Positions 1 to 10,516 of a DNA stretch of 64,000 bases are shown one piece after another. The first letter of the stretch is position 1, and each line of letters opens with the position of its first letter. The stretch is from contig CAUDHE010000002.1 in assembly GCA_958449275.1 (NCBI GenBank), positions 3,588 through 67,587 of the forward strand, in the 5' to 3' direction. Source of the stretch: an uncultured Alistipes sp. GTDB lineage: Bacteria > Bacteroidota > Bacteroidia > Bacteroidales > Rikenellaceae. Made by a program: the position numbers and the translations under genes. The notes beneath the pieces were generated by a model. That model saw only the letters and a program-made list of their open reading frames with translations, made no database searches and was not told where the DNA came from.

Positions 1-86
1 CGATAGAGAAGACCACTTTGGGCGACATCGCAGGTTTGGCAGAGCTTAAGGCCGCCATGGAGGACGCAAGCAAAAACAACAAGTAA
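1..86 (+). CDS. 3' end of an unidentified CDS (partial, enters from the left edge)
   Basis: Frame 3 is open from the edge to TAA at 84-86 (...IEKTTLGDIAGLAELKAAMEDASKNNK*). A hairpin plus T-run follows. Too short to name. Confidence 0.35.
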   Translation, partial: IEKTTLGDIAGLAELKAAMEDASKNNK

Positions 87-111
87 ACGCCTCGGCGTCA
101 TATAACGAAGT

Positions 112-144
112 CCCCGAGCCTCTTGCGAGGTTCGGGGATTTTTA
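112..144 (+). terminator. Rho-independent terminator of the upstream partial CDS
   Basis: 10-bp stem 112-121/128-137 (one G-U pair), 6-nt loop, then T5 at 139-143. Confidence 0.7.
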
Positions 145-296
145 TTGTTCGTCGCCGCACACCATTACATGCCGATCCTCGTCTTGCGACAAGGTGGCAT
201 GACACGCTTTTCGCAGACCGCGGATCAAACAAAAAAACGTCATCCGTCATTTTAAGGCCCGCCGCGCTCATGATGAATAATTCCGACTTTTTTGAT

Positions 297-304
297 TATA
301 TTTG
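297..304 (+). promoter_or_regulatory. Candidate Bacteroidota -7 promoter box (TATATTTG) for the moxR/bat operon
   Basis: Exact TAnnTTTG match about 210 nt upstream of the moxR ATG. No good -33 TTTG at canonical spacing. Confidence 0.35.
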
Positions 305-515
305 CAATAATAATCGAATACGATACGTTGCGTAAGGTACGCAAGTTGTAAATTCGCCGACGGAGGGAGGATTCGTTCGCGAGGCTCGCCGACAACGGTC
401 CGAGGACGCCGTCGACGATGAAAGGGAGAGGTTGACAATACAAATAAAACGAAATAACGACGCTCCGCCGTCGCGCCGTCGCGCGCTGCGGAAGGGCAAA
501 GCAAAAAATTATGTT

Positions 516-1514
516 ATGAGCGAAGTAATCAATATCAAGGAGCTTAACGAACGTATCGAACGCGAGAGCGTTTTCGTCGACACCCTGCGCGCCGAAATGG
601 GCAAGGTGATAGTGGGTCAGAGCCATTTGGTCGACACGCTTTTGATAGGCCTGCTCTCCAACGGCCACATTCTGCTGGAGGGCGTGCCGGGTCTGGCCAA
701 GACGCTGGCCATAACCACGCTGGCCAAGGCCGTCGACGCCGATTTCGCACGTGTGCAGTTCACCCCCGATCTGTTGCCCGCCGACCTGGTCGGCACCCTC
801 ATCTATTCGCAGAAGAACGAGGAGTTCGTGGTGCGCAAGGGTCCCGTATTCGCAAACTTCGTACTGGCCGACGAGATCAACCGCTCGCCCGCCAAGGTGC
901 AGAGCGCATTGCTGGAAGCCATGCAGGAGCGTCAGGTGACCATCGGCGACGAAACCTACCGTCTGCCCGAGCCGTTCCTCGTGCTGGCCACGCAGAACCC
1001 GCTGGAGCAGGAAGGAACATATCCCCTGCCCGAAGCGCAGGTCGACCGTTTCATGCTCAAGGCCAAGATATCGTACCCCAAGAAGCAGGAGGAGCGCGAG
1101 ATCGTCCGCATGAATCTCGCGGGCGGCGGCATGCCCGAGGTTGCGAAAGTCATATCGCCCGACGACATAGTGAAAGCCCGCCGCGTGGTGGAGGACGTCT
1201 ACATGGACGAGAAGATCGAGAAATACATCATCGACATAATCTTCGCCACCCGCGAACCCGCCGAGTACAGCCTCGACAAGTTGCAGCCGCTGATCGCCTA
1301 CGGAGGCTCGCCCCGCGCCAGCATATCGCTCGCCAAGGCCGCCCGCGCCTACGCTTTCATCCGCCGCCGAGGATACGTAATCCCCGAGGACGTGCGCGCC
1401 GTGTGCCACGACGTGCTGCGCCACCGCATAGGACTCACCTACGAGGCCGAGGCCGAAAACATATCGACCGAACAGATCATAACCGAGATATTGAACAACG
1501 TAATAGTTCCCTAA
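516..1514 (+). CDS. moxR: MoxR-family AAA+ ATPase, first gene of a Bat/aerotolerance-type operon
   Basis: Walker A GVPGLAKT and Walker B LADEINR. The ATG at 516 (MSEVINIK...) is preferred over the TTG at 432 used by the ORF track. Confidence 0.93.
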   Translation: MSEVINIKELNERIERESVFVDTLRAEMGKVIVGQSHLVDTLLIGLLSNGHILLEGVPGLAKTLAITTLAKAVDADFARVQFTPDLLPADLVGTLIYSQKNEEFVVRKGPVFANFVLADEINRSPAKVQSALLEAMQERQVTIGDETYRLPEPFLVLATQNPLEQEGTYPLPEAQVDRFMLKAKISYPKKQEEREIVRMNLAGGGMPEVAKVISPDDIVKARRVVEDVYMDEKIEKYIIDIIFATREPAEYSLDKLQPLIAYGGSPRASISLAKAARAYAFIRRRGYVIPEDVRAVCHDVLRHRIGLTYEAEAENISTEQIITEILNNVIVP

Positions 1515-2404
1515 TGACGATGCAGGAGACCGAGAACGATATCCTGAGGCGCGTTCGCAAGATCGAGATCAAGACCCGAGGCCTTTCGAACGAGATCTTC
1601 GCGGGAAAGTACCACACGGCTTTCCGCGGACGGGGCATGTCGTTTTCCGAGGTGAGGGAGTATCGCGCGGGCGACGACGTGCGCGATATCGACTGGAACG
1701 TGACGGCGCGGTCGTCGAAACCCCACATCAAGATCTACGAGGAGGAGCGCGAACTGACGATGATGCTTTTGGCCGACGTCAGCGGCTCGCGCATGTTCGG
1801 CACCGCCGAACGCTTCAAGAAGAGCGTGATGACCGAGATCGCGGCCGTGCTGGCCTTCTCCGCCGCGCAGAACAACGACAAGGTGGGATGCATATTCTTC
1901 TCCGACCGCGTCGAGAAGTTCATACCGCCCAAAAAAGGGCGCAGCCACATCCTTATGATAATACGCGAGCTGGTGAAGTTTCGCCCCGAATCGTCGCGTA
2001 CGGCCATATCGGAGGCGGTGCGTTACCTCACCAACGTGAACAAGAAGCGTTGCACGGCTTTCATCCTCTCCGATTTCATGGACGCGCCCCGCGACCGCGC
2101 CGCGTTGGACGACGCGCTGAAGATCGCGGGCGGCAAACACGATCTGGTGGGAATCCGCGTGTGGGATCCCCGCGAAGCCGTTATGCCCGACGTGGGAATA
2201 GTGGAGTTGCAGGACGCCGAGACGGGGCGCAAAGCGTGGGTCGACACCTCGTCGGCGCGCGTGCGCGAACACTACGCCGCAAGTTGGCGCGAACGCGACG
2301 AGGCCGTGAGCGACATGCTGCGACGCAACCGCATCGACACGGCGATGATATCGACCGAGGGCGATTACGTGGCCGAACTCATTAAACTCTTCAAGCAGCG
2401 ATGA
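1514..2404 (+). CDS. DUF58 domain protein (MoxR partner)
   Basis: YRAGDDVRDIDWNVTAR motif. The ATG at 1514 overlaps the moxR stop (TAATG). The ORF-track start at 1403 lies inside moxR. Confidence 0.9.
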   Translation: MTMQETENDILRRVRKIEIKTRGLSNEIFAGKYHTAFRGRGMSFSEVREYRAGDDVRDIDWNVTARSSKPHIKIYEEERELTMMLLADVSGSRMFGTAERFKKSVMTEIAAVLAFSAAQNNDKVGCIFFSDRVEKFIPPKKGRSHILMIIRELVKFRPESSRTAISEAVRYLTNVNKKRCTAFILSDFMDAPRDRAALDDALKIAGGKHDLVGIRVWDPREAVMPDVGIVELQDAETGRKAWVDTSSARVREHYAASWRERDEAVSDMLRRNRIDTAMISTEGDYVAELIKLFKQR

Positions 2405-3435
2405 GACACTTTTCATATATGTTCCTGCCCGCCCTGCTCGCATTGGGAGCGGCCGCGGCGCAGACCGAACGGACGCCGCAGGCTGCGGCCGAACGGCACG
2501 TGTCGGCCGGCGCTCCGGTGGTAAGCGGCTCGGTCGAGCCCGACTCGGTGGGCATAGGCGACCGTTTCGTCTACTCCATAGTTGTGGAGAAAGATCTGGT
2601 GCAAAGCGTATTTTTCCCCTCCTTCGGGGGCGAGGGATCGGAATCGTACGAACTGATCGAGGATCTGCCGATCGACACCCTTTCGCGAGAGGGACGCAAA
2701 CTGAAAATCCGCAAGAGCTATCGTCTGGCGGCGTTCGACGAGGGCATCCACCGCGTGGTGCCGCAGGTGATGTATGCCGACAAGAACATAGTGGACACCA
2801 TCGGCGGCGCCGACACGCTCGAATTGCTGGTAACCACATTTCAGATCGACTCCACGTCGCACTCGATATTCGACATAAAGCCGCAGAAGACCCTGCCGTT
2901 CCGTTTCGGCGAGATCACGGGCTACATAAAATGGACGCTGGCCGCACTTCTGATTCTGGCGGCGCTGGCCTATGCGGCCAAGCGCGTGATGGAGCGTTAC
3001 GGCAAACGCTTCTCGGACATATTCCGCCCCGCTCCGCCGTTGCCGCCGCATGAAGCGGCGCTCGCGGCGCTGGAGAAGCTGCGCGCGCAGAGGCTCTGGC
3101 AGGAGGGTAAGCACAAGCTCTATTATTCGGCCCTGACCGACATATTGCGCACCTACATCGCGGGACGCTTCGGCGTGAGCGCCATGGAGATGACCTCCGA
3201 CGAGATCGTGGAGGCCATGCGCGGCGCCGACCTGCCGCGCAAGAGCGCGATGGATCTGACGCAGATACTCCGCGAAGCCGATCTGGTGAAGTTCGCCAAG
3301 GCCGCGCCCGAGGCCGACGAGAACGAGGCGGCCTATCGGGCCGCGTGCGATTTCGTGGAACAGACCAAGCCCGAGGAGCCTGTCGGGGACGAGGATGCCG
3401 ACGATCGCAAGCAGACCGACGACACAAAGAATTAA
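2401..3435 (+). CDS. Membrane protein with a BatD-like ectodomain, one TM helix and a DUF4381-like C-terminal helical domain
   Basis: Signal peptide MRHFSYMFLPALLALGAAAAQ and TM helix WTLAALLILAALAYAA. ATGA overlap with the DUF58 stop. Sits at the usual third position of bat operons. Confidence 0.75.
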   Translation: MRHFSYMFLPALLALGAAAAQTERTPQAAAERHVSAGAPVVSGSVEPDSVGIGDRFVYSIVVEKDLVQSVFFPSFGGEGSESYELIEDLPIDTLSREGRKLKIRKSYRLAAFDEGIHRVVPQVMYADKNIVDTIGGADTLELLVTTFQIDSTSHSIFDIKPQKTLPFRFGEITGYIKWTLAALLILAALAYAAKRVMERYGKRFSDIFRPAPPLPPHEAALAALEKLRAQRLWQEGKHKLYYSALTDILRTYIAGRFGVSAMEMTSDEIVEAMRGADLPRKSAMDLTQILREADLVKFAKAAPEADENEAAYRAACDFVEQTKPEEPVGDEDADDRKQTDDTKN

Positions 3436-3439
3436 GATC

Positions 3440-4222
3440 ATGAGACGACTTGTTATAAATATGTTGTTGTGCGTCGCGGCGATAGCGTGCGTGTCGCGGG
3501 CTGCGGGGCAGAACATGCCCGAACGTTCGCTCGTACGCAAGGGCAACCGCCACTTCGCCAAGGAGCGTTACGACCGAAGCGCCGATCTCTATCGGCGTGC
3601 CCTCGAAAGCGACTCGACATCGTTCGAAGCGGCCTACGATCTGGCGAACGCCATGATCCGTACCGAACGTTACGACGAGGCGGAACGGTTGCTCGCATCG
3701 GCAGCCGCCGACTCGCTCCGCAGCGATGCCGATCGCGCCGAGGCCTATTACAACCTCGGCAACGCGCAGTTCGCGCAGCAGAAGTTGCAGGAGGCTCTGG
3801 GCAGCTATCGCCGTTCGCTGGTGCTCAACCCCGACGACACGGAGGCCAAGTACAACTATGCCTACACCAAGAAACTGCTGGAGAATCAAGACCAGAATCA
3901 AGACCAACAGCAGGATCAGAACCAAGATCAACAGGATCAGCAGAACCAAGGCGGCGGTGGCGGCAACGACCAAAATCAAGACAAGAATAACGACGGCGGT
4001 CAGGACAAGGACAACGGTCAGGGCGACGGCGGGAACGACGACAAAAACGACGACAAGGGCGACGGCGACCCCTCCGAGCAGAAGGCGCCTCCGCGCAGCG
4101 GCATGAGCGAACAACAGCAGCGGCAGTTGCTCGATGCCATACAGGCGCAGGAGGACAAGACTCAGGAGAAGCTCGACGAGAAAGCCAAGGGCGTGGTGGT
4201 TCGTGGCCGCAAGAACTGGTAA
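3440..4222 (+). CDS. TPR protein (BatC-like) with a Q/D/N/G-rich low-complexity insert
   Basis: Signal peptide MRRLVINMLLCVAAIACVSRAAG and TPR-like AEAYYNLGNAQFAQQKLQEALGSYRRSL. ATG at 3440 chosen over the ORF-track start at 3395. Confidence 0.8.
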   Translation: MRRLVINMLLCVAAIACVSRAAGQNMPERSLVRKGNRHFAKERYDRSADLYRRALESDSTSFEAAYDLANAMIRTERYDEAERLLASAAADSLRSDADRAEAYYNLGNAQFAQQKLQEALGSYRRSLVLNPDDTEAKYNYAYTKKLLENQDQNQDQQQDQNQDQQDQQNQGGGGGNDQNQDKNNDGGQDKDNGQGDGGNDDKNDDKGDGDPSEQKAPPRSGMSEQQQRQLLDAIQAQEDKTQEKLDEKAKGVVVRGRKNW

Positions 4223-4244
4223 GCCGATTTTAAGGTAAAAAACG

Positions 4245-5231
4245 ATGAGATTCGCAAATCCATATCTTTTGTGGCTGCTGGCGCTGCTGGTGCCGATGGC
4301 GGCCTACTACATCTACCGCACGCTGCAAGGCGGCGCGGCGATACGCATATCGACCGTCGAGGGCATGCGGCACGCCCCGCGCACGCTGCGTTATCGTCTG
4401 CGCCATATGCCTTTCGTGCTGCGCGCCGCGGCGTTCGCAATGGCCGTGGCGGCTCTCGCGCGTCCGCAGGGAGTCGAGGAGCGGAGCCGTACCGACGCCG
4501 AGGGTATCGACATAATGATGGCCGTCGACGTATCGGGTTCGATGCTGGCGCGCGATTTCAAGCCCGACCGCATCACCGCCGCCAAGGAGGTGGCCGGATC
4601 GTTCATCGCCGACCGTTTCGGCGACCGCATCGGTTTGGTGGCCTTTGCGGGCGAGGCGTTCACGCAGTCGCCTCTTACCACCGACCAAGGGACGTTGCAG
4701 ACCATGCTGGCCCGCATCCGCAGCGGAGTGATAGAGGACGGCACCGCCATAGGCAACGGTCTGGCCACGGCGATCAACCGCCTGCGCGAGAGCGACGCTA
4801 AGAGCAAAGTGATAATCCTGCTTACCGACGGCGTGAACAACCGCGGCGAGATGGCTCCCCTTATGGCGGCCGACATAGCGGCCGACATGGGCATCAAGGT
4901 CTACACCATAGGCGTGGGCACGCGCGGCAAGGCACCATACCCCGTTGTGGACATGTTCGGCAACATGTCGTTCCGTCCGATGGATGTGGAGATCGACGAG
5001 CAGACGCTCGAAAGCATCGCCGAACGCACGGGCGGAAAGTATTTCCGCGCCACCGACAAGGAGAAGCTGCAGGCGATATACGACGAAATAAACACCCTGG
5101 AAAAGAGCAAGGTGGAGATCACCGACTTCACAGTCTATCACGAAGAGTTCCTGCCGTGGCTGCTGGCCGCGATGGCATTGCTGCTGCTAGAATTCGTGTT
5201 CAGTAACGTAATATTAAAACGCATTCCCTGA
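4245..5231 (+). CDS. batA: VWA-domain membrane protein BatA
   Basis: N-terminus MRFANPYLLWLL, MIDAS motif DVSGSM, C-terminal TM helix. Confidence 0.9.
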   Translation: MRFANPYLLWLLALLVPMAAYYIYRTLQGGAAIRISTVEGMRHAPRTLRYRLRHMPFVLRAAAFAMAVAALARPQGVEERSRTDAEGIDIMMAVDVSGSMLARDFKPDRITAAKEVAGSFIADRFGDRIGLVAFAGEAFTQSPLTTDQGTLQTMLARIRSGVIEDGTAIGNGLATAINRLRESDAKSKVIILLTDGVNNRGEMAPLMAADIAADMGIKVYTIGVGTRGKAPYPVVDMFGNMSFRPMDVEIDEQTLESIAERTGGKYFRATDKEKLQAIYDEINTLEKSKVEITDFTVYHEEFLPWLLAAMALLLLEFVFSNVILKRIP

Positions 5232-5232
5232 T

Positions 5233-6270
5233 ATGTTCCGATTTGCAAACGGCGAACTGCTCTATCTGCTGATCGCGGTGCCCGTGCTGGCCGCGGTCTA
5301 TGCCCTCGCGGCGCGGCGGCGCAAACGTCTGGTGGCGCGTTTCGGCAATCCCGAACTCGTGCGGAGCCTCATGCCCGATTTCTCGCGGGGCCGAATCCGT
5401 CTCAAAGCCGCGCTTTTCATCGCGGCGACGGCATTGATGGCACTGGCCGCGGCACGTCCGCAGTTCGGATCGAAGCTGCGCGAGGAGAAGTCGCGCGGCG
5501 TGGAGATGATGCTGGCGGTGGACGTGTCGAACTCGATGCTGGCCGAGGATTTCGAACCCAACCGACTGGAACGCACCAAACACGCCATAGGCAAACTGTT
5601 CGACGGCTTGCAGCAGGAGCGGGTCGGCATGGTGGTCTTCGCGGGCGAACCCAAGGTGCAACTGCCCATCACTTCGGACTACCGCATGGCGCAGGCATTC
5701 GCCAAACGAATATCGCCCTCGCTCGTGGGCGAGCAGGGAACCGCCATAGGCAAGGCGCTGCAGCAGGCCATGCTGGCCTTTTCGAGCCAAAGCGAGAAGA
5801 GCCGCGTGATAGTGCTCATAACCGACGGTGAAAACCACGAGGACGACGCCATAGAGGCGGCACGCATGGCCAAGGAGCAGGGCATACGCATCTACACCAT
5901 CGGAATAGGCACGCCCGAGGGTGCGCCCATTCGCATCGGCGGCGATTTCGTGAAGGACGAGCATGGCGAAATGGTGGTGTCGAAACTCGACGAACGAATG
6001 CTGGAACAGATAGCGTCGATCACCGGCGGAGCTTACGTGCGCGCCACCAAACAGTCGATCGGGCTGGACGAGATAGTGAAGAGCATCAACGACATGGAGA
6101 AAAGCGATCTGTCCACGGTGCGGTTCGAGGAGTACAACGAACAATATCAGTATCCGTTGGCGGCGGCGTTGCTGCTGCTGTTGCTCGAAACGTTGATCCT
6201 CGACCGTCGCAATCCGCGTCTGCGTCGTTTCAACATCTTCCGCGAGGAACGCGAGGCGGAGGAGATATGA
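5233..6270 (+). CDS. batB: VWA-domain membrane protein BatB
   Basis: N-terminus MFRFANGELLYLL, MIDAS motif DVSNSM. Starts 1 nt after batA. Confidence 0.9.
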   Translation: MFRFANGELLYLLIAVPVLAAVYALAARRRKRLVARFGNPELVRSLMPDFSRGRIRLKAALFIAATALMALAAARPQFGSKLREEKSRGVEMMLAVDVSNSMLAEDFEPNRLERTKHAIGKLFDGLQQERVGMVVFAGEPKVQLPITSDYRMAQAFAKRISPSLVGEQGTAIGKALQQAMLAFSSQSEKSRVIVLITDGENHEDDAIEAARMAKEQGIRIYTIGIGTPEGAPIRIGGDFVKDEHGEMVVSKLDERMLEQIASITGGAYVRATKQSIGLDEIVKSINDMEKSDLSTVRFEEYNEQYQYPLAAALLLLLLETLILDRRNPRLRRFNIFREEREAEEI

Positions 6271-6307
6271 CGGCATAGCGCTGCGGCGCGAAAATCTATG
6301 CAATCGG

Positions 6308-6338
6308 GAGTCTTGCGATTTCGTAAATCGCAAGACTC
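6308..6338 (+). terminator. Perfect 14-bp hairpin after batB (terminator without a U-tract)
   Basis: gagtcttgcgattt-cgt-aaatcgcaagactc, 38 nt after the batB stop. Confidence 0.6.
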
Positions 6339-6425
6339 GTCGTTATATACCCCGCCGATACGGCAAACGACCCGCGCGACGGCGCAATTGGTCGCGCAGG
6401 GCTGTCGTTTTTCGCAAATTCTCGC

Positions 6426-6433
6426 TATATTTG
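6426..6433 (+). promoter_or_regulatory. -7 promoter box TATATTTG for leuS
   Basis: Exact TAnnTTTG match 40 nt upstream of the leuS ATG. Confidence 0.5.
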
Positions 6434-6472
6434 CAAGTTAGTTGGAATTAATCGCAAAAACATCATAACATC

Positions 6473-9229
6473 ATGGAATACGATTTCAAACAGATCGAAC
6501 CCAAATGGCAGCAGCGCTGGAAAGAGCGCAAGACCTATCACGTGGAGATCGACCCCGAGCGTCCCAAATACTACGTACTCGACATGTTCCCCTATCTCTC
6601 GGGGGCGGGTCTGCATGTCGGCCACCCGCTGGGATACATCGCCTCGGACATCTACTCGCGCTACAAACGTCAGTGCGGATTCAACGTCCTGCACCCGATG
6701 GGTTACGACGCTTTCGGCCTGCCCGCCGAACAGTATGCCATTCAGACGGGACAGCATCCTGCCGTCACCACCGATCGCAACATAGCGCGTTACCGCGAAC
6801 AGCTGGACAAGATCGGATTCAGTTTCGACTGGGACCGCGAGGTGCGCACGTGCGACCCCGCCTACTACAAATGGACCCAGTGGGCTTTCCTGAAGATGTA
6901 CGACAGTTACTACTGCAACGATTCGCAAAAGGCGCGCCCGATCACGGAGCTTATCGAAGCATTCACCAAATACGGAAACGAAGGCCTGAACGCCGCCTGC
7001 ACCGCCGACATCCGCTTCACGGCCGAGGAGTGGAACTCGTGGGACGAGGCGAAGCGCGAGCAGGTGTTGCAGAACTACCGTTTGGCCTATCGCGCCGACA
7101 CCATGGTAAACTGGTGTCCGAAGCTCGGCACCGTGCTGGCCAACGACGAGGTGAAGGACGGACTTTCGGTGCGCGGCGGTTATCCCGTCGAGCAGAAACG
7201 CATGAAGCAATGGTCACTGCGCGTGACGGCATACGCGCAACGCATGCTCGACGGACTGGAGAGTCTCGAATGGAGCGATTCGCTGAAAGAGATACAGCGT
7301 AACTGGATCGGCCGCTCGGTAGGCGCGCAGGTATTTTTCGACGTGAAGGGCAGCGACCGCAAACTGGAGATATTCACCACGCGTCCCGACACCATTTTCG
7401 GCGTGACGTTCATGGTCATAGCTCCCGAACACGAGTGGGTGGGCGAACTGACTACCCCCGAGAACCGTGCCGCCGTGGAGGAGTACATAGCAGAGACCAA
7501 GAAACGCTCCGAGCGCGAGCGCATAGCCGAAACGCGGCGCGTGAGCGGTGCGGCAACGGGAGCCTATGCCGTAAATCCTTTCACGGGCAAGGAGATTCCG
7601 ATCTACGTTTCGGATTACGTGTTGGCGGGATACGGAACGGGAGCCATCATGGCGGTACCGGCACACGACTCGCGCGACTACGCTTTCGCCCGTCACTTCG
7701 GACTGGAGATCATCCCCGTGGTCGAGGGCGGCGACATCGAGAAAGAGTCTTACGACGCCAAATCGGGCAAGATGATAAACTCGGGTTTCCTCACGGGCAA
7801 GGACGTGAAGGAGGCCATTCCCGCCATGTTCGACGAGGTGGAGCGCCGCGGACTGGGCAAGAAGCTGGTTAACTATCGTTTGCGCGACGCCATATTCTCG
7901 CGCCAACGCTACTGGGGCGAGCCTTTCCCCATCTGCTACAAGGGCGATACGGCCTATCCTCTGCCCGAGGACAAGCTGCCGTTGGAGCTGCCGCCAATCG
8001 AGAACTTCGGTCCCACCGAGCAGGGCGAACCGCCCCTGGCCCGCGTAAAGGAGTGGACGAGCGACGAGGGCTATCCTTTGGAGCTATCGACCATGCCGGG
8101 CTTCGCGGGATCGTCGGCCTACTATCTGCGCTACATGGATCCGCACAACGACGAGGCGTTGGTTTCGAAAGAGGCCGACGAGTATTGGCGCAACGTCGAT
8201 CTCTACGTAGGCGGCATCGAGCACGCCACGGGACACCTCATGTATTCGCGTTTCTGGAACATGTTCCTCTACGATCTGGGCTACGTGTGCGAGTCCGAGC
8301 CGTTCAAGAAACTGGTCAATCAGGGAATGATTCAGGGCCGTTCGAATTTCGTCTACCGAGTGGTGGGGACCGACAAGTTCGTTTCGGCAGGGCTGCGCTC
8401 GCAGTACGAGACGCAGGAGATACACGTCGATGTCAACATCGTGCGCAACGACCAGTTGGATCTCGACGCGTTCCGCGCATGGCGTCCCGAATTCGCCGAC
8501 GCAGAATTCATCCTGGAGGACGGCAAGTACATTTGCGGCTGGGCCGTGGAGAAGATGTCGAAATCGATGTACAACGTGGTGAATCCCGACAACATCGTAG
8601 AGAACTACGGCGCCGACACGCTGCGTATGTACGAAATGTTCCTCGGTCCCGTCGAGCAGTCGAAACCGTGGGACACTAACGGCATCGACGGCGTACACAA
8701 GTTCCTGCGCAAGTTCTGGCGTCTCTATTTCGACCGCGACGGCAAGTTGGCTCTCACCGACGAGAAGCCTTCGGCCGCGGAGCTGAAGACGCTGCACAAA
8801 ACCATAAAGAAGGTGCGCGAGGATATCGAAAACTTCTCATTCAACACCTCGGTGTCGGCCTTCATGATATGTCTCAACGAGCTGGGCGGCTGCCGCAAGC
8901 GCGCCGTGCTGGAGCCTCTGATCGCGCTCATCGCGCCATTCGCACCCCACATAGCCGAGGAACTGTGGGAGGCTGCGGGCCGCGAGGGTTCGGTTTGCGA
9001 CGCCCCTTATCCTACTTTCGACGAGAGCTGCATGCAGGAGAGTGCGTTCGAATACCCCGTGATGGTGAACGGCAAGCTGCGCTTCAAGCGCGAGTATCCG
9101 CTGTCGGCCACGGCGGCCGACATACAGGCATCGATCGTCGAGACCGAGGGCGCGCAAAAGTGGCTCGACGGCAAGGCGCCGAAGAAGATCATCGTAGTGC
9201 ACGGCAAAATCATCAACATAGTGATATGA
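6473..9229 (+). CDS. leuS: Leucine--tRNA ligase
   Basis: 918 aa. HIGH-type motif HVGHPLGY and a KMSKS motif ([10 protein letters not shown]). Confidence 0.98.
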   Translation: MEYDFKQIEPKWQQRWKERKTYHVEIDPERPKYYVLDMFPYLSGAGLHVGHPLGYIASDIYSRYKRQCGFNVLHPMGYDAFGLPAEQYAIQTGQHPAVTTDRNIARYREQLDKIGFSFDWDREVRTCDPAYYKWTQWAFLKMYDSYYCNDSQKARPITELIEAFTKYGNEGLNAACTADIRFTAEEWNSWDEAKREQVLQNYRLAYRADTMVNWCPKLGTVLANDEVKDGLSVRGGYPVEQKRMKQWSLRVTAYAQRMLDGLESLEWSDSLKEIQRNWIGRSVGAQVFFDVKGSDRKLEIFTTRPDTIFGVTFMVIAPEHEWVGELTTPENRAAVEEYIAETKKRSERERIAETRRVSGAATGAYAVNPFTGKEIPIYVSDYVLAGYGTGAIMAVPAHDSRDYAFARHFGLEIIPVVEGGDIEKESYDAKSGKMINSGFLTGKDVKEAIPAMFDEVERRGLGKKLVNYRLRDAIFSRQRYWGEPFPICYKGDTAYPLPEDKLPLELPPIENFGPTEQGEPPLARVKEWTSDEGYPLELSTMPGFAGSSAYYLRYMDPHNDEALVSKEADEYWRNVDLYVGGIEHATGHLMYSRFWNMFLYDLGYVCESEPFKKLVNQGMIQGRSNFVYRVVGTDKFVSAGLRSQYETQEIHVDVNIVRNDQLDLDAFRAWRPEFADAEFILEDGKYICGWAVEKMSKSMYNVVNPDNIVENYGADTLRMYEMFLGPVEQSKPWDTNGIDGVHKFLRKFWRLYFDRDGKLALTDEKPSAAELKTLHKTIKKVREDIENFSFNTSVSAFMICLNELGGCRKRAVLEPLIALIAPFAPHIAEELWEAAGREGSVCDAPYPTFDESCMQESAFEYPVMVNGKLRFKREYPLSATAADIQASIVETEGAQKWLDGKAPKKIIVVHGKIINIVI

Positions 9230-10512
9230 TTATGAAACCCATGTCATTGCTCGCCGTCGTCGCGGCGTGTGCGGCGGCGCTGACCGTATCGTGCGGCCGC
9301 GTGGCCGAGACGGCGGGCGGAAAGCCCAAATATCTGTGGATCGACGCCACGGCCAACTTCAAACGCATGTCGCAGCGCGACTCGGTGGATTACTATCTCG
9401 ACAAGGCCCGCGAGGCGGGGTTCAACCGCATAGTGGTGGACGTCCGTCCGGTCGAAGGCGAGGCGCTGTACCGCAGCGACGTGTTGCCCGCAATGGAGGA
9501 ATCGGGCGGTCTGCGCCCCGAACGCGATTGGGACTATCTGCAATACTTCATCGACGCGGCGCATGCGCGGGGTATGAAAGTCACGGCGGGAACCACTCTT
9601 TTTCCCGCAGGTTCGCCCGTATGGCGCAAAGGCCCCGCCTACTACGATCCCAATCCCTTCGAGGGGCGTACGTGCGTGGAGTATACTCCGCAGGGAATGG
9701 TCGACATAAAGGATCAGCCCGACAAGGTGGCGGCGTTCCTTAACCCCGCCATGCCCGAGAATCAGGAGTATGCGCTCGAATTCGTGCGCGAGATAGTCGA
9801 GCGGTACGACATCGACGGCTATTCGCTCGATTACTGCCGCTATCCCGACATGTTCGGCGATTTCTCCGATTTCTCGCGCCGCGACTTCGAACGTTATATC
9901 GGCGCCGAGGTGGAGCGATGGCCCGAAGATATCTTCTCGTTCGACGCCGAGGGCGGCGTAGTCGCCGGCAAGCACTACCGTGCGTGGTGGAGCTACCGTG
10001 CCGCCGTGATAAGCGATTTCATCGGCCGCGTGCGCGACGAGATAAAGAGTCTGAAGCCCGAGACCGAAGTGGTATACTGGGCCGCGTCGTGGATCTACGG
10101 CATGTACGGCACGGCACAGAACTGGGCCAGCCCCCGCCATGCCCTGCATGTCGACCCCTACACCGACGTGTGGTGCGATGAGAACTACATGCGCGCGGGC
10201 TTCGCCGACCGTATCGACGCATTCATGCTGGGAGCCTATTTGGAACGCATATTCGGGTTGGACGACCGCGAGTCGATAGAGTACTTGATAGTACGTGCCA
10301 AGAATCTCATAAAGGACGACTGCCGCATGTATGCCACCATCTACGCGCTGAACCACGAATACAACATCGAGGATGCCGTCTACGTCTGTCTGCGCGACAG
10401 CGAGGGGCTGATGGTGTTCGACATATGTCAGGTGATCGGCTTCGATTTGTGGGACGACATACGCCGCGGCATCGAACGCGCCGAACCCGAGTTGCGCGGC
10501 ACGTGGCGATAA
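9226..10512 (+). CDS. Lipoprotein, glycosyl-hydrolase-like family 10 (GHL10/DUF187, YngK-like)
   Basis: Lipoprotein signal [33 protein letters not shown]...[10 protein letters not shown]...[12 protein letters not shown] pattern. The ATG at 9226 overlaps the leuS TGA. The ORF-track start at 8869 lies inside leuS. Confidence 0.7.
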   Translation: MIMKPMSLLAVVAACAAALTVSCGRVAETAGGKPKYLWIDATANFKRMSQRDSVDYYLDKAREAGFNRIVVDVRPVEGEALYRSDVLPAMEESGGLRPERDWDYLQYFIDAAHARGMKVTAGTTLFPAGSPVWRKGPAYYDPNPFEGRTCVEYTPQGMVDIKDQPDKVAAFLNPAMPENQEYALEFVREIVERYDIDGYSLDYCRYPDMFGDFSDFSRRDFERYIGAEVERWPEDIFSFDAEGGVVAGKHYRAWWSYRAAVISDFIGRVRDEIKSLKPETEVVYWAASWIYGMYGTAQNWASPRHALHVDPYTDVWCDENYMRAGFADRIDAFMLGAYLERIFGLDDRESIEYLIVRAKNLIKDDCRMYATIYALNHEYNIEDAVYVCLRDSEGLMVFDICQVIGFDLWDDIRRGIERAEPELRGTWR

Positions 10513-10516
10513 CTGC

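Noticed and set aside
432-515. ORF-track N-terminal extensions: moxR from TTG 432, DUF58 from 1403, GHL10 from 8869, apbE from 17545, lipid kinase from 17700, hydrolase from 24628, ABC ATPase to 47896, DUF1080 protein to 63447, GlsB-like to 12733
   Set aside because: Each extension overlaps the neighbouring gene (or the tRNA), precedes an obvious signal peptide or conserved N-terminus, or lies upstream of the -7 promoter box. The internal ATG starts were used instead.
252-6333. Minus-strand ORFs of 377-442 aa (252-1424, 1511-2839, 2413-3561, 2915-4114, 5200-6333) across the bat operon
   Set aside because: All are antisense to plus-strand genes carrying diagnostic motifs (Walker boxes, DUF58 motif, MIDAS). 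Their translations are Arg/Gly/His-rich with no domains.
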